Shown here piece by piece: positions 19,295 through 28,868 of a DNA stretch of 64,000 nucleotides. The stretch covers positions 1 to 64,000 of IMG/VR virus record IMGVR_UViG_3300023053_000001, one strand, 5' to 3'. Within the stretch, counting starts at the first letter, position 1. The number at the start of each line of letters is the position of its first letter. A model generated the notes under the pieces. The model worked only from the letters and a program-made list of their open reading frames with translations, searched no databases and was not told the DNA's origin. The translations under genes and the position numbers were made by a program. The stretch comes from a virus. Lineage: Duplodnaviria > Caudoviricetes.

Positions 19295-20594
19295 TCCGAT
19301 TGGTTCGCTCCTGCAGTACACCGAGGGTAAACCTTGGGCTGTGGAGTATTACCAGCGGGTCATGGGTAGCTCTGAAGAAGTCATGGCGCAGGCCACCAAC
19401 GTGGCAGCGCCTTTCCAGCAATACCGCCGCATCCGCAACATGATCGTGCGCGTCACCGAGGCACTGAGTGATTCGCAGGATACCACCACCAAGCAGATGA
19501 AGACTGAGGGCGCAGGTATCACCTTCCCCTCCTTCATCCCCAACGTGGGCGACATGTTCTTGGCCCCGCTGCTCGATGGTCGCGAGGGTGTGTTCGTCAT
19601 CACTGAAAGTGAGAAGAAGACCCATCTGAAGGAAGCGCAGTACCAAGTGCGCTGGGAGATGAAGGGCTTCTCCGACACCTTCGGCACCACGCTGGCCGAT
19701 CTGGCAGAGAAGGTCATCGAGTCGTTCACCTACGTGGCCGATTATCTGACCTTTGGCCGCAATCCGTTGCTGCTGGATCAGAAGTACGCCGAGCTGATGG
19801 ACATCCGCACGTTGCGCGATGAGTTGGTGGATTACTTCTTCACCGAAGCGTTCAGCAACGAACATCAGACGCTGATGGTGCCCAATCAGGAGTTCACCAC
19901 CTACGATCCGTTCTTGACGAAGTTCGTCTTGGATCTGATCGGCTCGGACGAACATCCCTACGTGGGCCGTATCCGTAAACCGTCGGTGGATCAGCAGCTG
20001 GTCGGTCGTCATCCCACGATCTGGGATTCGATTCGCGCCGTCAACCATCGCACCATTCGCAACAACGTCCACCGGGTTCGTTTGCTCGACTCGGGCTGGT
20101 TCCGTAGTCAACCGCTGTATGCGGGCATCTACTGGACGGGCATCAAGCGCGTGGTGTTCCCGTTCCATGCACGCACCGACGTCGATGCGCCGTACTACCC
20201 CATCTGCGATCTGCCGCCTCTGGTCGGTCAGGTACTGATGGCTGCCGGGAAGAGCCGCTGGAACACGCTGGAACGTCTGGCGGGTACGCCTGCTGACGGC
20301 CTCACGCTCCCGCAGCTGCAGGAGTCACCGGAACCGCCGGTGGGGACGGATCTGCCCGACTACGTGCGCGTGACCGTTGATGACTTCTACGTCTTCAGCG
20401 AGAGCTTCTACACCCAACTCCGCCCAGCGTCCAAGCTCGAATCGATTCTGCTGCAGTACATCAAGCAGCAGCCGATCGACACCGCTGTCCTGTCCAAGCT
20501 TGCCAGTGCGGCGCCCCAGTGGCCCAACGTGGAACGGTTCTATTACCTGCCCGTGTTGCTGCTGCTGATCACTGCCGCCATCCGTGGGAACTGA
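19191..20594 (+). CDS. phiKZ-family virion structural protein, 467 aa
   Basis: GAGGA RBS; LLxYxEGxPWxVxYY and FxPNxGDMF motifs recalled from phiKZ-like tail proteins; overlaps the upstream gene by 104 nt. Confidence 0.65.
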   Translation: MPIAPTPQAPKPQKPTAPTVVSTQYRGATVDTRFDPIGSLLQYTEGKPWAVEYYQRVMGSSEEVMAQATNVAAPFQQYRRIRNMIVRVTEALSDSQDTTTKQMKTEGAGITFPSFIPNVGDMFLAPLLDGREGVFVITESEKKTHLKEAQYQVRWEMKGFSDTFGTTLADLAEKVIESFTYVADYLTFGRNPLLLDQKYAELMDIRTLRDELVDYFFTEAFSNEHQTLMVPNQEFTTYDPFLTKFVLDLIGSDEHPYVGRIRKPSVDQQLVGRHPTIWDSIRAVNHRTIRNNVHRVRLLDSGWFRSQPLYAGIYWTGIKRVVFPFHARTDVDAPYYPICDLPPLVGQVLMAAGKSRWNTLERLAGTPADGLTLPQLQESPEPPVGTDLPDYVRVTVDDFYVFSESFYTQLRPASKLESILLQYIKQQPIDTAVLSKLASAAPQWPNVERFYYLPVLLLLITAAIRGN

Positions 20595-20596
20595 TC

Positions 20597-21223
20597 ATGG
20601 CTTTCTCCGAAGTTGCGAAAAATCTTGTACCGTGGTCGGCTGACCCGGCTAAGCAATCGCCGGCGTTTAAGTTGTTCCACTACCAGTACGCCTGTCGCGT
20701 TCCGGGCATCCATCTGCTGTCGGTGGAAGAGTTCCAGACCTTCGGGTATGTCACCACCGGTGACGCAGCTTCGGACCACGCACTGATCCATGAGCTGCGA
20801 GACGTGCTCCTGACGCCAGCCCGTATGGCTACGTTGCTGGCCGATGGAGCGCCGGTCCACCTGAGCGGTTATCAGGACGCTGCCACGATCTACGATCTCA
20901 TCTACCATCACCTGCAAGACTGGAAGCATGAGATCGACAACAACATCATGCGCCGGCAAGCACCGGTTGATGACCTGCGGTTGTTTGACAACCTGGCCCG
21001 TGAGCTGTTCAGTTATGCTCACCACCATGTGAACTACAACCCGGCCACCAGCAAGTTCTTTGCTGCTACGCAGTCCATCGCGGCCAGCCGTGGTATGTCG
21101 GCGCTCAATGACATCATCGGTCGTGCACAAGGTCTGGGACCGCGCCCTGAGGCGCAGCACCTGACGTATGTGGACAACATGACGCGTACACTGAGTCAGC
21201 GTCAACGCGACTTCCGTAACTGA
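20597..21223 (+). CDS. phiKZ-family structural/hypothetical protein
   Basis: Coupled to the upstream stop; TGDxxxD and IYxxIxxHLxDW pattern. Confidence 0.6.
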   Translation: MAFSEVAKNLVPWSADPAKQSPAFKLFHYQYACRVPGIHLLSVEEFQTFGYVTTGDAASDHALIHELRDVLLTPARMATLLADGAPVHLSGYQDAATIYDLIYHHLQDWKHEIDNNIMRRQAPVDDLRLFDNLARELFSYAHHHVNYNPATSKFFAATQSIAASRGMSALNDIIGRAQGLGPRPEAQHLTYVDNMTRTLSQRQRDFRN

Positions 21224-21231
21224 GGTGATGC

Positions 21232-22578
21232 ATGGCCCTGGAAAACTCTTCGTTGATGGCCGAGGTCCAAACGATCCAAGCCACCCAAGGCAAGCCGGTC
21301 AACCGCAAGTTGACCGCAGAGATCTTGGCCAACAACATCAAGTTCCCGGTCATGAAAGTGGTCGGGATGGTGGTCCATCGTGACTACGTGAACAACTACG
21401 CCGATGAGACCTTCTTGGAAGTAATCATGGGCGCTGGCCAGTTCGCCAATCGCGTGTATCCCTACAAGTCCAATTTGGTACTGACGCTGTATAGCCGTAA
21501 CGTAGATCCGGTGACCAAGGACAACCTGCGTGCTGCGGCTATTCGCGTGGAGCAGTACCGCGCCGTGCTGGTGGACTCCCAAGCGGAGACCATGGAGAAG
21601 AAGGATGACACCGCCGCCAGTACCGAGGCGATGGATCTGACTGATCTCAAGCGCGTGCGTTTCCAGCTCATCGACATGGGCGTGGAACAGATCCGTTCGA
21701 TGACGGTGGGTACCATTCCACAGAACTGCGCGCCCGGGGATATTCTCAAGACCCTGCTGACGCACATGATCAAAGACGCTAAGGTCGATGACCGACAGTC
21801 CGTGACTGGCGTTGAGATGTGGCCGCCTACCAACACCGAAGTGGTCAAGCAGGTGCCGATCAAACATCGGCTGCCGTTGACTGATCTGGGTGATCTGATG
21901 CAAAACGCGGTGGGCTTGTACAGCACCGGGTTTGGTAACTACATCCAGAAAGGTCTGTGGTATGTCTATCCGCTGTGTGACTGGGAACGTTTCGACAACG
22001 ATCTCAAATCCCTCACGCTGATCGGTGTACCTAAGAAGAAGTTCAACGGCACTGAGCGGACCTTCCGCCAGACCGCCAATCAAACCATCGCATTGGTGTC
22101 CGGTGAGATCAGCACAGCTGACATGACCGAACGCCGACGCATGGCCGAGGGTAATGGTGTGCGTTTCACCGACCCGTCCCGTGCGCTGAAAGCCTATACG
22201 GTCACCGAAGGCAATAAAGCCACGGTTATGCGTGATGAACTCAACAGCGAATTCACCACGCACGAATCGCCCACTGGTTTCAATCGTACCCCTTCGGCTG
22301 GGAAGCCGTTCACCGCCAACAAAATGGTGCAGCTCTCGCAGCTTACCGCCCGAGAGGGTACATTGATGGCAGTGGCTTGGGATTACTCGGACATCGATGC
22401 CATCACCCCCGGCATGCCTGTCAAGTTCATGTACGAGTCGGAAGGCTCGATCGTGGAAGTGCAAGGTATCGTCTGGGAGGCAATCCACACGTTCAAGGCG
22501 ATCCAGCCCGGTATCACTGAGGGACCGCATCAATGCACCACGATGCTGTTGCTCAATGTCAATGTGATCCTCACCTAA
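21232..22578 (+). CDS. phiKZ-family baseplate hub-like virion protein, 448 aa
   Basis: GAGG RBS; RDYxxNYxD N-terminal motif; structural context. Confidence 0.55.
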   Translation: MALENSSLMAEVQTIQATQGKPVNRKLTAEILANNIKFPVMKVVGMVVHRDYVNNYADETFLEVIMGAGQFANRVYPYKSNLVLTLYSRNVDPVTKDNLRAAAIRVEQYRAVLVDSQAETMEKKDDTAASTEAMDLTDLKRVRFQLIDMGVEQIRSMTVGTIPQNCAPGDILKTLLTHMIKDAKVDDRQSVTGVEMWPPTNTEVVKQVPIKHRLPLTDLGDLMQNAVGLYSTGFGNYIQKGLWYVYPLCDWERFDNDLKSLTLIGVPKKKFNGTERTFRQTANQTIALVSGEISTADMTERRRMAEGNGVRFTDPSRALKAYTVTEGNKATVMRDELNSEFTTHESPTGFNRTPSAGKPFTANKMVQLSQLTAREGTLMAVAWDYSDIDAITPGMPVKFMYESEGSIVEVQGIVWEAIHTFKAIQPGITEGPHQCTTMLLLNVNVILT

Positions 22579-22599
22579 GATCGGTAGAAGGAGACCCCT

Positions 22600-23130
22600 G
22601 TGAGTGCACCCACTGCAAAACAGGCGGTGTTGAACACGCTCAATGTTGCTAACCAAGTCGAGGTACCGCTGACCTTCTCCGATGTGGAGTTTGGCATTCC
22701 TCTACCTGACGGTGGCACGCGTGGCAATACTGCCATCCTCGTTACCCCACTGCCCAACGGTCGTTTGGCCGGTCCGGCATGGACCTACTACTACGGTCGA
22801 CTCCAGATGGAAACCTATCTGGAACTGCCCGAACCGCTGAAACTGGATGGGCAAACCACCATCGCTGACCTGCTCCCGCTCATCAATGCAGCCAAGGGGC
22901 TGAATCTGGTGATCGCCGATCTGGCCAATCCCGATGAGGCGCTGCCCGTGCTGGATGTCGACGTGGCTGAAGTCACCCTGCGGGCGGCTGCAGGTTCTTA
23001 CGGTTGGCTGGGTCAAGTCAAGATCCAGATCGAACTGTCGGTACTTCCGCTGTCGATGGTCATGGCCAATACGGTTCTGTCCGGATTGACCTACGAGTTC
23101 AAGGAAGAAGAAGAGGCGGAACCTGCGTAA
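22600..23130 (+). CDS. phiKZ-like tail-fibre/baseplate-associated small paralog
   Basis: GGAG RBS; NTxI.V...YYGRL pattern typical of the phiKZ virion paralog family. Confidence 0.55.
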   Translation: MSAPTAKQAVLNTLNVANQVEVPLTFSDVEFGIPLPDGGTRGNTAILVTPLPNGRLAGPAWTYYYGRLQMETYLELPEPLKLDGQTTIADLLPLINAAKGLNLVIADLANPDEALPVLDVDVAEVTLRAAAGSYGWLGQVKIQIELSVLPLSMVMANTVLSGLTYEFKEEEEAEPA

Positions 23131-23169
23131 CGGCATAAAACCCAGGGGCGCAATGCCCCTGGGTTTGCT

Positions 23170-23607
23170 TTATGCCCCGTTGAGGAGCAGCCACGGACGA
23201 TCATCGCCCGGTTGGGGATTCCACGGACTGGCACACACGAAGGTGTACTTGGGCAGACCGTTGTACTGCATCAGCTGATGCTGGCGGTTGTCCAAGATAA
23301 ACGAGTCACTTCCGTCGAGGTTGCTGATCTCGCACACGCAATGACCTTCGCCGGTTTCCACGATGCAGGCAATCAGACGCGCCCGCAGACTGGGACGCTT
23401 GCGGGTTTCCAGCATGGCCGCACGTGCGAACTCTTCGCAGTCGCCGTGGAAAGACATGCCGCGCAGCATGGTGTTGAGTTCCACATCACCTTCCCAGCAT
23501 TCCACCAGGCCGTGTTGCTGCTTGTCAGTGATGTACTTGAACTTCTCCATCAGCTTGCGATGGAGCTGGCGGATGAAGTCGTAATCGACGATGGGCATCT
23601 GAGACAT
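23170..23607 (-). CDS. transglutaminase-like cysteine peptidase (BTLCP/LapG-like)
   Basis: GDCEEFA (Cys), GEGHCVC (His) and FILDN (Asp) triad motifs; ATG overlaps the upstream stop (TGATG). Confidence 0.75.
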   Translation of the reverse strand: MSQMPIVDYDFIRQLHRKLMEKFKYITDKQQHGLVECWEGDVELNTMLRGMSFHGDCEEFARAAMLETRKRPSLRARLIACIVETGEGHCVCEISNLDGSDSFILDNRQHQLMQYNGLPKYTFVCASPWNPQPGDDRPWLLLNGA

Positions 23608-23762
23608 CAGCACGAACCTCCCCGCTCACGCAGGTCTTGGCAGCCGGGCAACGGCTGGATGTATTGGCCCTTATCCGGGATTGCCGGCTGGGGCGCGGGG
23701 CGCGAATGCGAGCAAGCCGTCATGGCCAGAGCAAACGCAACGACGTAAAACAAACGCTTCAT
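23607..23762 (-). CDS. 51-aa lipoprotein (not in ORF track)
   Basis: GGGAG RBS; MKRLFYVVAFALAMTAC signal with lipobox; mature part ends PLPGCQDLRERGGSC. Confidence 0.75.
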   Translation of the reverse strand: MKRLFYVVAFALAMTACSHSRPAPQPAIPDKGQYIQPLPGCQDLRERGGSC

Positions 23763-23849
23763 AGCACTCTCCCGGATGGTCATAGAATAATTCCTAACCG
23801 AACACTGTCATGGTTTGGCTATTTTCACATTCAGATCACAGGTATCCAC

Positions 23850-24599
23850 ATGAGCACTCCGCTGAAGTACGGCATGATCGTCACCCTCGAAGGTATGGAC
23901 GGTTGTGGTAAGACTACCCAAGCCCGCGAGCTGGTGAAGAACCTGCAGGGCATGGGCTTGGAAGTCGTCCACGTCAAGGAGCCGGGCGGTTCGGTGGATG
24001 CTGACAAGATCCGCAAGCTGTTGCTGGAAGACATCTCCGATGACGTCCATCCCGGCGTGGAAGCCATGTTGTTCATGGCCGCCAAGATCGACCTCTATCA
24101 GCGCGTGGTTAAGCCGGCACTGGAACGTAAGGCGGTTATCGTTTCCGAACGTGGCTGGCAGTCCATGTTTGCCTATCAGGGTGGTGCATTCAGCATGAAC
24201 GGTGAGTTGGCATTGCATGACCTGCGTAACATCTCGCCCTACATCGGCGGACCGCCCCGCAGTGAAGTGCCCTCGCTGCAGATCCTGCTGCGCCAGAGTC
24301 TGGAGAAGACCCGTGAGCGCCTGACACAGCGCGCTGAAAAGCTGGACCACTTCGAAGCCAAGCCCGACGCGTTCTATGTCGGTGTCCATGAACGCTTCGA
24401 AGAGAACTTCCGGCCCAATGAGCATGTGATCGTCCATCCGTTCGGTGAGCGTTTCGATGTAGTCAACGTGGAAACGGGATCGGTGGAAGAAATCGCCGCA
24501 TCGGTTCTGGACGTGGTGAAGCAGCACATTGAACGCATTGGCAACACGTCGGTGTTCCTCACCACCCGCATGTATCCCGATACGAGGCTCAAGGTCTAA
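23850..24599 (+). CDS. tmk: thymidylate kinase
   Basis: TLEGMDGCGKTTQ P-loop, KEPGG, SER...SMFAYQG. Confidence 0.9.
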   Translation: MSTPLKYGMIVTLEGMDGCGKTTQARELVKNLQGMGLEVVHVKEPGGSVDADKIRKLLLEDISDDVHPGVEAMLFMAAKIDLYQRVVKPALERKAVIVSERGWQSMFAYQGGAFSMNGELALHDLRNISPYIGGPPRSEVPSLQILLRQSLEKTRERLTQRAEKLDHFEAKPDAFYVGVHERFEENFRPNEHVIVHPFGERFDVVNVETGSVEEIAASVLDVVKQHIERIGNTSVFLTTRMYPDTRLKV

Positions 24600-24601
24600 T
24601 C

Positions 24602-25114
24602 GTGGTTGATCCCTACAAAAAACTCAAGGCTATCGAAGAAGTCACCTGGCCTCGCCGTGATCTGATCACTCGACATCTCAATGAGTTGGGCGATCTGCTC
24701 CCGGAGCTGCGCTCGGTCGTGACTGACCATCAGACCGGCCAGCCGTTGGATGGGGCGCAGACGGCGTGGCTGGCAGCCGCATTGCGCTCCATCGTTCGCG
24801 TGCTGGAGTTGGACGACCGTCGCCTGTCTGTGGAGAAGGCACTGTCCATTTTCGCTGAGCATGAGCTGATGAGTTACTATCAGCCCGATGAGATTGACGC
24901 TGCCGTGGCTTACTGGAAAAGTGAGCAGCTGATGAGTCGTCAAACTCAAGCATCCTTTGTTGACGGGTCACGCGTGTTCGCATTGACCTCCCCGATCCAG
25001 CAGACTACTTTCGACTACGTCCAGATCCAACCCAGTGATCTGCTGCCCAATCGGAACCGACCGCTACCGCGCATGCATGAACTGCGCGGTGGTAAACCTC
25101 CCAACCGACTTTGA
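24602..25114 (+). CDS. hypothetical protein, 170 aa
   Basis: ORF filling the gap between tmk and the DHH gene. Confidence 0.65.
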   Translation: MVDPYKKLKAIEEVTWPRRDLITRHLNELGDLLPELRSVVTDHQTGQPLDGAQTAWLAAALRSIVRVLELDDRRLSVEKALSIFAEHELMSYYQPDEIDAAVAYWKSEQLMSRQTQASFVDGSRVFALTSPIQQTTFDYVQIQPSDLLPNRNRPLPRMHELRGGKPPNRL

Positions 25115-25121
25115 GATTCAC

Positions 25122-26135
25122 ATGGAAGAGATCGATACACAGACCGTAGAGGTCCCGAAGCCCACTGAACGAGTGGGCATCTACCACGCCGATTGTTTCG
25201 ATGGCGTTGCTGCCGCATGGGTGCTGCTCCAGCAGTATCCTGACATTCGTTTGATCGCAGCTGATTATCGCGATCCGGTACCGACTGATCTGGTCGGTGC
25301 CGACGTGTACATCGTGGACTTCTCCTACACTCGCCAGCAGCTGTTGGAGCTGACGATAGACTGTGCATCGGTCACGCTGATCGACCATCATCCGCGGGCA
25401 TTGGAATTCCGCGATTGGGTCCACAACCTGAGTTCGGAAGATCGAGAGGTTTGCTCGGACTACGGCTATGACTTGTCTCGATTGATGATCTTCGTTGACA
25501 AGAATCGCAGTGGTGCGCAGCTGACGTGGGATTACTTCCATCCCCACACCGGCTCGCGTGAGGTCTGCCGACATCAGATCCAGATCGAGCGTGTCGATTG
25601 CGATTGTTTCCCGAAGGGGGAACCGCGACCGTTCTGGCTCGATGCGGTGGGTCAGCGCGATCTGTGGATCTTCAACAGCGATGTCATCAAGCCGTTGTGC
25701 TATGCACTCGGAACGTTGCCACTCGATCCCCGCATCTGGCAGCGTGAATTCAACCGATACGAAAACGCCGGTGAGTTGCATCAGCATCAGATGGTCATCG
25801 GCCGTGCGATCGAATCCAAGGTACAGCAGGACGTGGAGCGCATCCTGTCCCAGACCAAACGTTCGATCGTACTGACCGACGGTACGGACTACTACGACGT
25901 ACCGCTGTTGAACGTACCGCGCTTCCTGGCCAGTGAGGCGCTCGACGCCATCGCTGAAGGACATCCGTTTGTAGCCGGCTATTACGACGACGGCGAGTGC
26001 CGTGTGTTCAGCCTGCGCTCGAACAAGCAATCCGGTATCGACACCCGCCCCATCTCTCGCTTCTACGGCGGCGATGGTCATGACCACGCATCCGGTTTCC
26101 GGATTGCCCGTAGCGAATCTCTGGCACAGCACTGA
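25122..26135 (+). CDS. DHH/DHHA1-family phosphoesterase
   Basis: YHADCFDG, IVDFS, LIDHH, FSLRS and GGDGHxxASGF motifs. Confidence 0.85.
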   Translation: MEEIDTQTVEVPKPTERVGIYHADCFDGVAAAWVLLQQYPDIRLIAADYRDPVPTDLVGADVYIVDFSYTRQQLLELTIDCASVTLIDHHPRALEFRDWVHNLSSEDREVCSDYGYDLSRLMIFVDKNRSGAQLTWDYFHPHTGSREVCRHQIQIERVDCDCFPKGEPRPFWLDAVGQRDLWIFNSDVIKPLCYALGTLPLDPRIWQREFNRYENAGELHQHQMVIGRAIESKVQQDVERILSQTKRSIVLTDGTDYYDVPLLNVPRFLASEALDAIAEGHPFVAGYYDDGECRVFSLRSNKQSGIDTRPISRFYGGDGHDHASGFRIARSESLAQH

Positions 26136-26136
26136 C

Positions 26137-26646
26137 ATGAGCGAACAGAAACTCAACCGTACCGATCGCGGTTTTGCGATCTTCACCGTGGTGTTGTTTG
26201 CCGCGATGGAATGGGCCATCTACCGCGTACTCGGCCTCAACGCTGCTCTGGCCGTGATGGGTGCTTCCTTCGTCCTGATGACCTTCCGGATGTTCCGGTT
26301 GGCTTTCCAAGTGGCGTGGCTGCGCGACGACTACGTCAAGCAGAAAGATGAGCTGCTCGCACTGCGCCGGCAGTTCGTGGACTTCCGGCAGGGTAACCAG
26401 GAACTGATGTTCGTGGTACTGGCTGAGAAGTACCCGTACGCTTTCCGTGGTCCGGACATGATCGTCCGCTTCCCCAGCGGTGATAAAATCGCCATCCCGG
26501 CGACGGACTTCCTGCGCTTCAAGTGCATCAACCCCGACATGGGGGTGGGCGGTCTGGATGTGGTCACCGGCGCGGAGATGTTCGATGTTCTCCAGCGTAA
26601 CGTGGGCCATCAGTATGAAGACCGATCCGAACCGGTCAATCGCTGA
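26137..26646 (+). CDS. membrane protein, 2 TM plus coiled coil
   Basis: Two hydrophobic helices at the N-terminus. Confidence 0.65.
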   Translation: MSEQKLNRTDRGFAIFTVVLFAAMEWAIYRVLGLNAALAVMGASFVLMTFRMFRLAFQVAWLRDDYVKQKDELLALRRQFVDFRQGNQELMFVVLAEKYPYAFRGPDMIVRFPSGDKIAIPATDFLRFKCINPDMGVGGLDVVTGAEMFDVLQRNVGHQYEDRSEPVNR

Positions 26647-26654
26647 GGGTAGCT

Positions 26655-26855
26655 GTGGATAACATTCAGCGCACCTGCTGTTTTGTCGCCATTGCATTGT
26701 TTGCTGCCATCCAGTGGGACTGGCTGTGGAGCCACTTCCCGCCCAAGTACCATCTGGCCGCGCAACTGATACAAGGCGTCTTGCTGTTGTTCATCGTGAT
26801 CCTCACCGGGGTCATGATCTGGCTCGATGAGAACCGTCGTCGACGTTCTGAGTGA
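26655..26855 (+). CDS. small 2-TM protein, holin/antiholin candidate
   Basis: GAGG RBS; two TM helices, basic C-terminus RRRRSE; immediately upstream of the endolysin. Confidence 0.55.
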   Translation: MDNIQRTCCFVAIALFAAIQWDWLWSHFPPKYHLAAQLIQGVLLLFIVILTGVMIWLDENRRRRSE

Positions 26856-26930
26856 TAAGGCATGCCCTCCAGTCCCTTGCGGACTGGAGGGTTTTATGCC
26901 CGATGGTATGGTTTACAGGAGGACGAAACC

Positions 26931-27818
26931 ATGTCAACTCTCAACGTTATCGCATTGGGCGATAAGAACGCTTCGGTCAAGGTGCTGCAGACGGCACTGA
27001 AGATCAATGCCGACGGTGACTTCGGTCCGGCCACTGACCGTGCTGTGCGCGCTTTCCAGACCAGTAAGGGCCTGACCGCGGACGGTGTGGTCGGTGCCAA
27101 GACCTGGGCCGCACTGGGCGTCACCAATACTGCACCACCGCAGTGCCCGGCACCCAACAGCTTCACTGGAAAGGTGTCGCTGGTCCTGACGGATCAGGAT
27201 TACATCGAAGAGGCTCGCCGACTGGACAAGGCGGGCAAGCCGATGCCGCCGCTGGTTCTGCGGACCTTCTCGGAAGTGGAGTCCAGCGGTAAGGGCTTCC
27301 TCGATGATGGTCGCTGCAAGATCATGTTCGAGCGCCACAAGTTCTACAAGTACATCCGTGACAAGAATCTGCGTGACCTGCTGGCGTCCAAAGAATGGGA
27401 CATTTGCAAGAACGAAATGCGTGTCAACTCGCGGACCAAGAAGCCGTACCATACTGCCAAGGACATGTACCTGGGCGGTGCGGCCGAATGGAAGCTGTTC
27501 GAACGAGCACTGGCCTACGATCCGTGGGCGGCCATGATGTCGGTGTCCTACGGCGCCGGTCAGGTCATGGGCTTCAACTACGCCGTGGCTGGTTTCAAGA
27601 CCGTCGAGGACTTCTACCAGGCGATGTGCTACGGCGGTGCGCGCGGCCATCTGACCGCCATGGTCGGGTTCATCTTGGGTAATCCCACGATCCACAATGC
27701 ACTGTTCGTCAAGGACTGGAAGACGGCGGCGCTGGGCTACAACGGCGAGGAGGGCGTACGGCTGTACAAGTACGACACCCAGCTGGCCGATGCATGGAAG
27801 CGTCTGGGCGGTAAGTAA
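26931..27818 (+). CDS. modular endolysin: PG-binding domain plus N-acetylmuramidase (DUF3380-type)
   Basis: AGGAGG RBS; LQTAL...DGDFGPAT..AVRAFQ..GLTADGVVGAKTW; EVESSG..F...IMFERH; SYGAGQVMGFNY. Confidence 0.9.
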   Translation: MSTLNVIALGDKNASVKVLQTALKINADGDFGPATDRAVRAFQTSKGLTADGVVGAKTWAALGVTNTAPPQCPAPNSFTGKVSLVLTDQDYIEEARRLDKAGKPMPPLVLRTFSEVESSGKGFLDDGRCKIMFERHKFYKYIRDKNLRDLLASKEWDICKNEMRVNSRTKKPYHTAKDMYLGGAAEWKLFERALAYDPWAAMMSVSYGAGQVMGFNYAVAGFKTVEDFYQAMCYGGARGHLTAMVGFILGNPTIHNALFVKDWKTAALGYNGEEGVRLYKYDTQLADAWKRLGGK

Positions 27819-27912
27819 GACATACAGCCCCGCCTACGGGCGGGGTTTTATGCCGACACTGTAAAAATGTGGTGGTTGGCCTAATGGAGTATACGCACAC
27901 AGGAAGTATGAC

Positions 27913-28539
27913 ATGGCACGTTGGTATGGCGGGGTGGGTTCACGTGAGACCCCCATCGATGTATGGAACCTGATGTACAATCTCGGCCTGTACATGGCGT
28001 ACTCCGGCTGGGGGTTGTCTTCTGGTGGTGCGACCAAAAAGCCTGATGCTCCGCCGGACACCGATAGTGCCGATGACGCCTTCCTCAAGGGAGCGATGGC
28101 CTGTCCGGAGATGAATCCGGTCAACATGTTGCGCATCTACCTGATCAACGCACATTGGGAGCACTACAAACCCGATCCGTCGCGTGGCTTCTACAACTCT
28201 CGTGAGTTCACCGAGACGTGGGATCTGGCCATGGACATTGCACGTCAGTGTCGTGGCTCGTGGGAAGGGTTGCGTGAGAATGGCATTGCGCTCCATACTC
28301 GCAATGCTTTCCAGATGCTCGGTCACGATCTGGTAACTCCGGTGCAGCAATGCATCGGCTGGGCACCAAGCATCGGTAAGGGTAACAAGGTCAAGGGCGG
28401 TACCAACACCGCCTTTGCATTGTGTCATGCCCGCGGCATTCCGGTGATGAACCTGTACGAAGACGAACAGCGCCAGCGCGCTGAATCCTTTGTCAAACGC
28501 GCTGAAGAGCGCTACGGAGAATTGCTATGCATCGGGTAA
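27913..28539 (+). CDS. SLOG/DprA-like nucleotide-binding protein
   Basis: YGGVGSRETP, LSSGGA, ADDAF, GGTxTA motifs. Confidence 0.75.
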   Translation: MARWYGGVGSRETPIDVWNLMYNLGLYMAYSGWGLSSGGATKKPDAPPDTDSADDAFLKGAMACPEMNPVNMLRIYLINAHWEHYKPDPSRGFYNSREFTETWDLAMDIARQCRGSWEGLRENGIALHTRNAFQMLGHDLVTPVQQCIGWAPSIGKGNKVKGGTNTAFALCHARGIPVMNLYEDEQRQRAESFVKRAEERYGELLCIG

Positions 28540-28862
28540 TTGAAGGTACCGTCGTACCGCGGCGTGGCTCGCCGGGGAAAGTGTGGTCGTTCATCAAGGG
28601 GCTCACGCAACTTTGGGTAATGACCATGCTGCTTTTGATCATGTGGATCATTCTCGGCATCGCAGTCATCGCCGCCATTGTGTCCGGCATCATTAGTGTC
28701 CTCGCATTGCTCTCGTTGGTCACCGACGGAACGTGGCCTGATGGAATGGGAGTGAGCCTGGTCATCTTCCCAGTTGCGGTGCTGGTGGGTATCGTCATCT
28801 TCGGTCTGCTGATGTGGCGCATCCCGTCGCTGGGTAACTGGGTACTGCGTGTGTGGAAGTGA
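28527..28862 (+). CDS. membrane protein
   Basis: GGAG RBS; 2-3 TM helices. Confidence 0.65.
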   Translation: MHRVIEGTVVPRRGSPGKVWSFIKGLTQLWVMTMLLLIMWIILGIAVIAAIVSGIISVLALLSLVTDGTWPDGMGVSLVIFPVAVLVGIVIFGLLMWRIPSLGNWVLRVWK

Positions 28863-28868
28863 GGCTCT

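Noticed and set aside
23605-23620. Programmed frameshift fusing the lipoprotein and BTLCP
   Set aside because: No slippery heptamer, a stop lies just upstream in the -1 frame, and the GGGAGG RBS with TGATG overlap explains coupling
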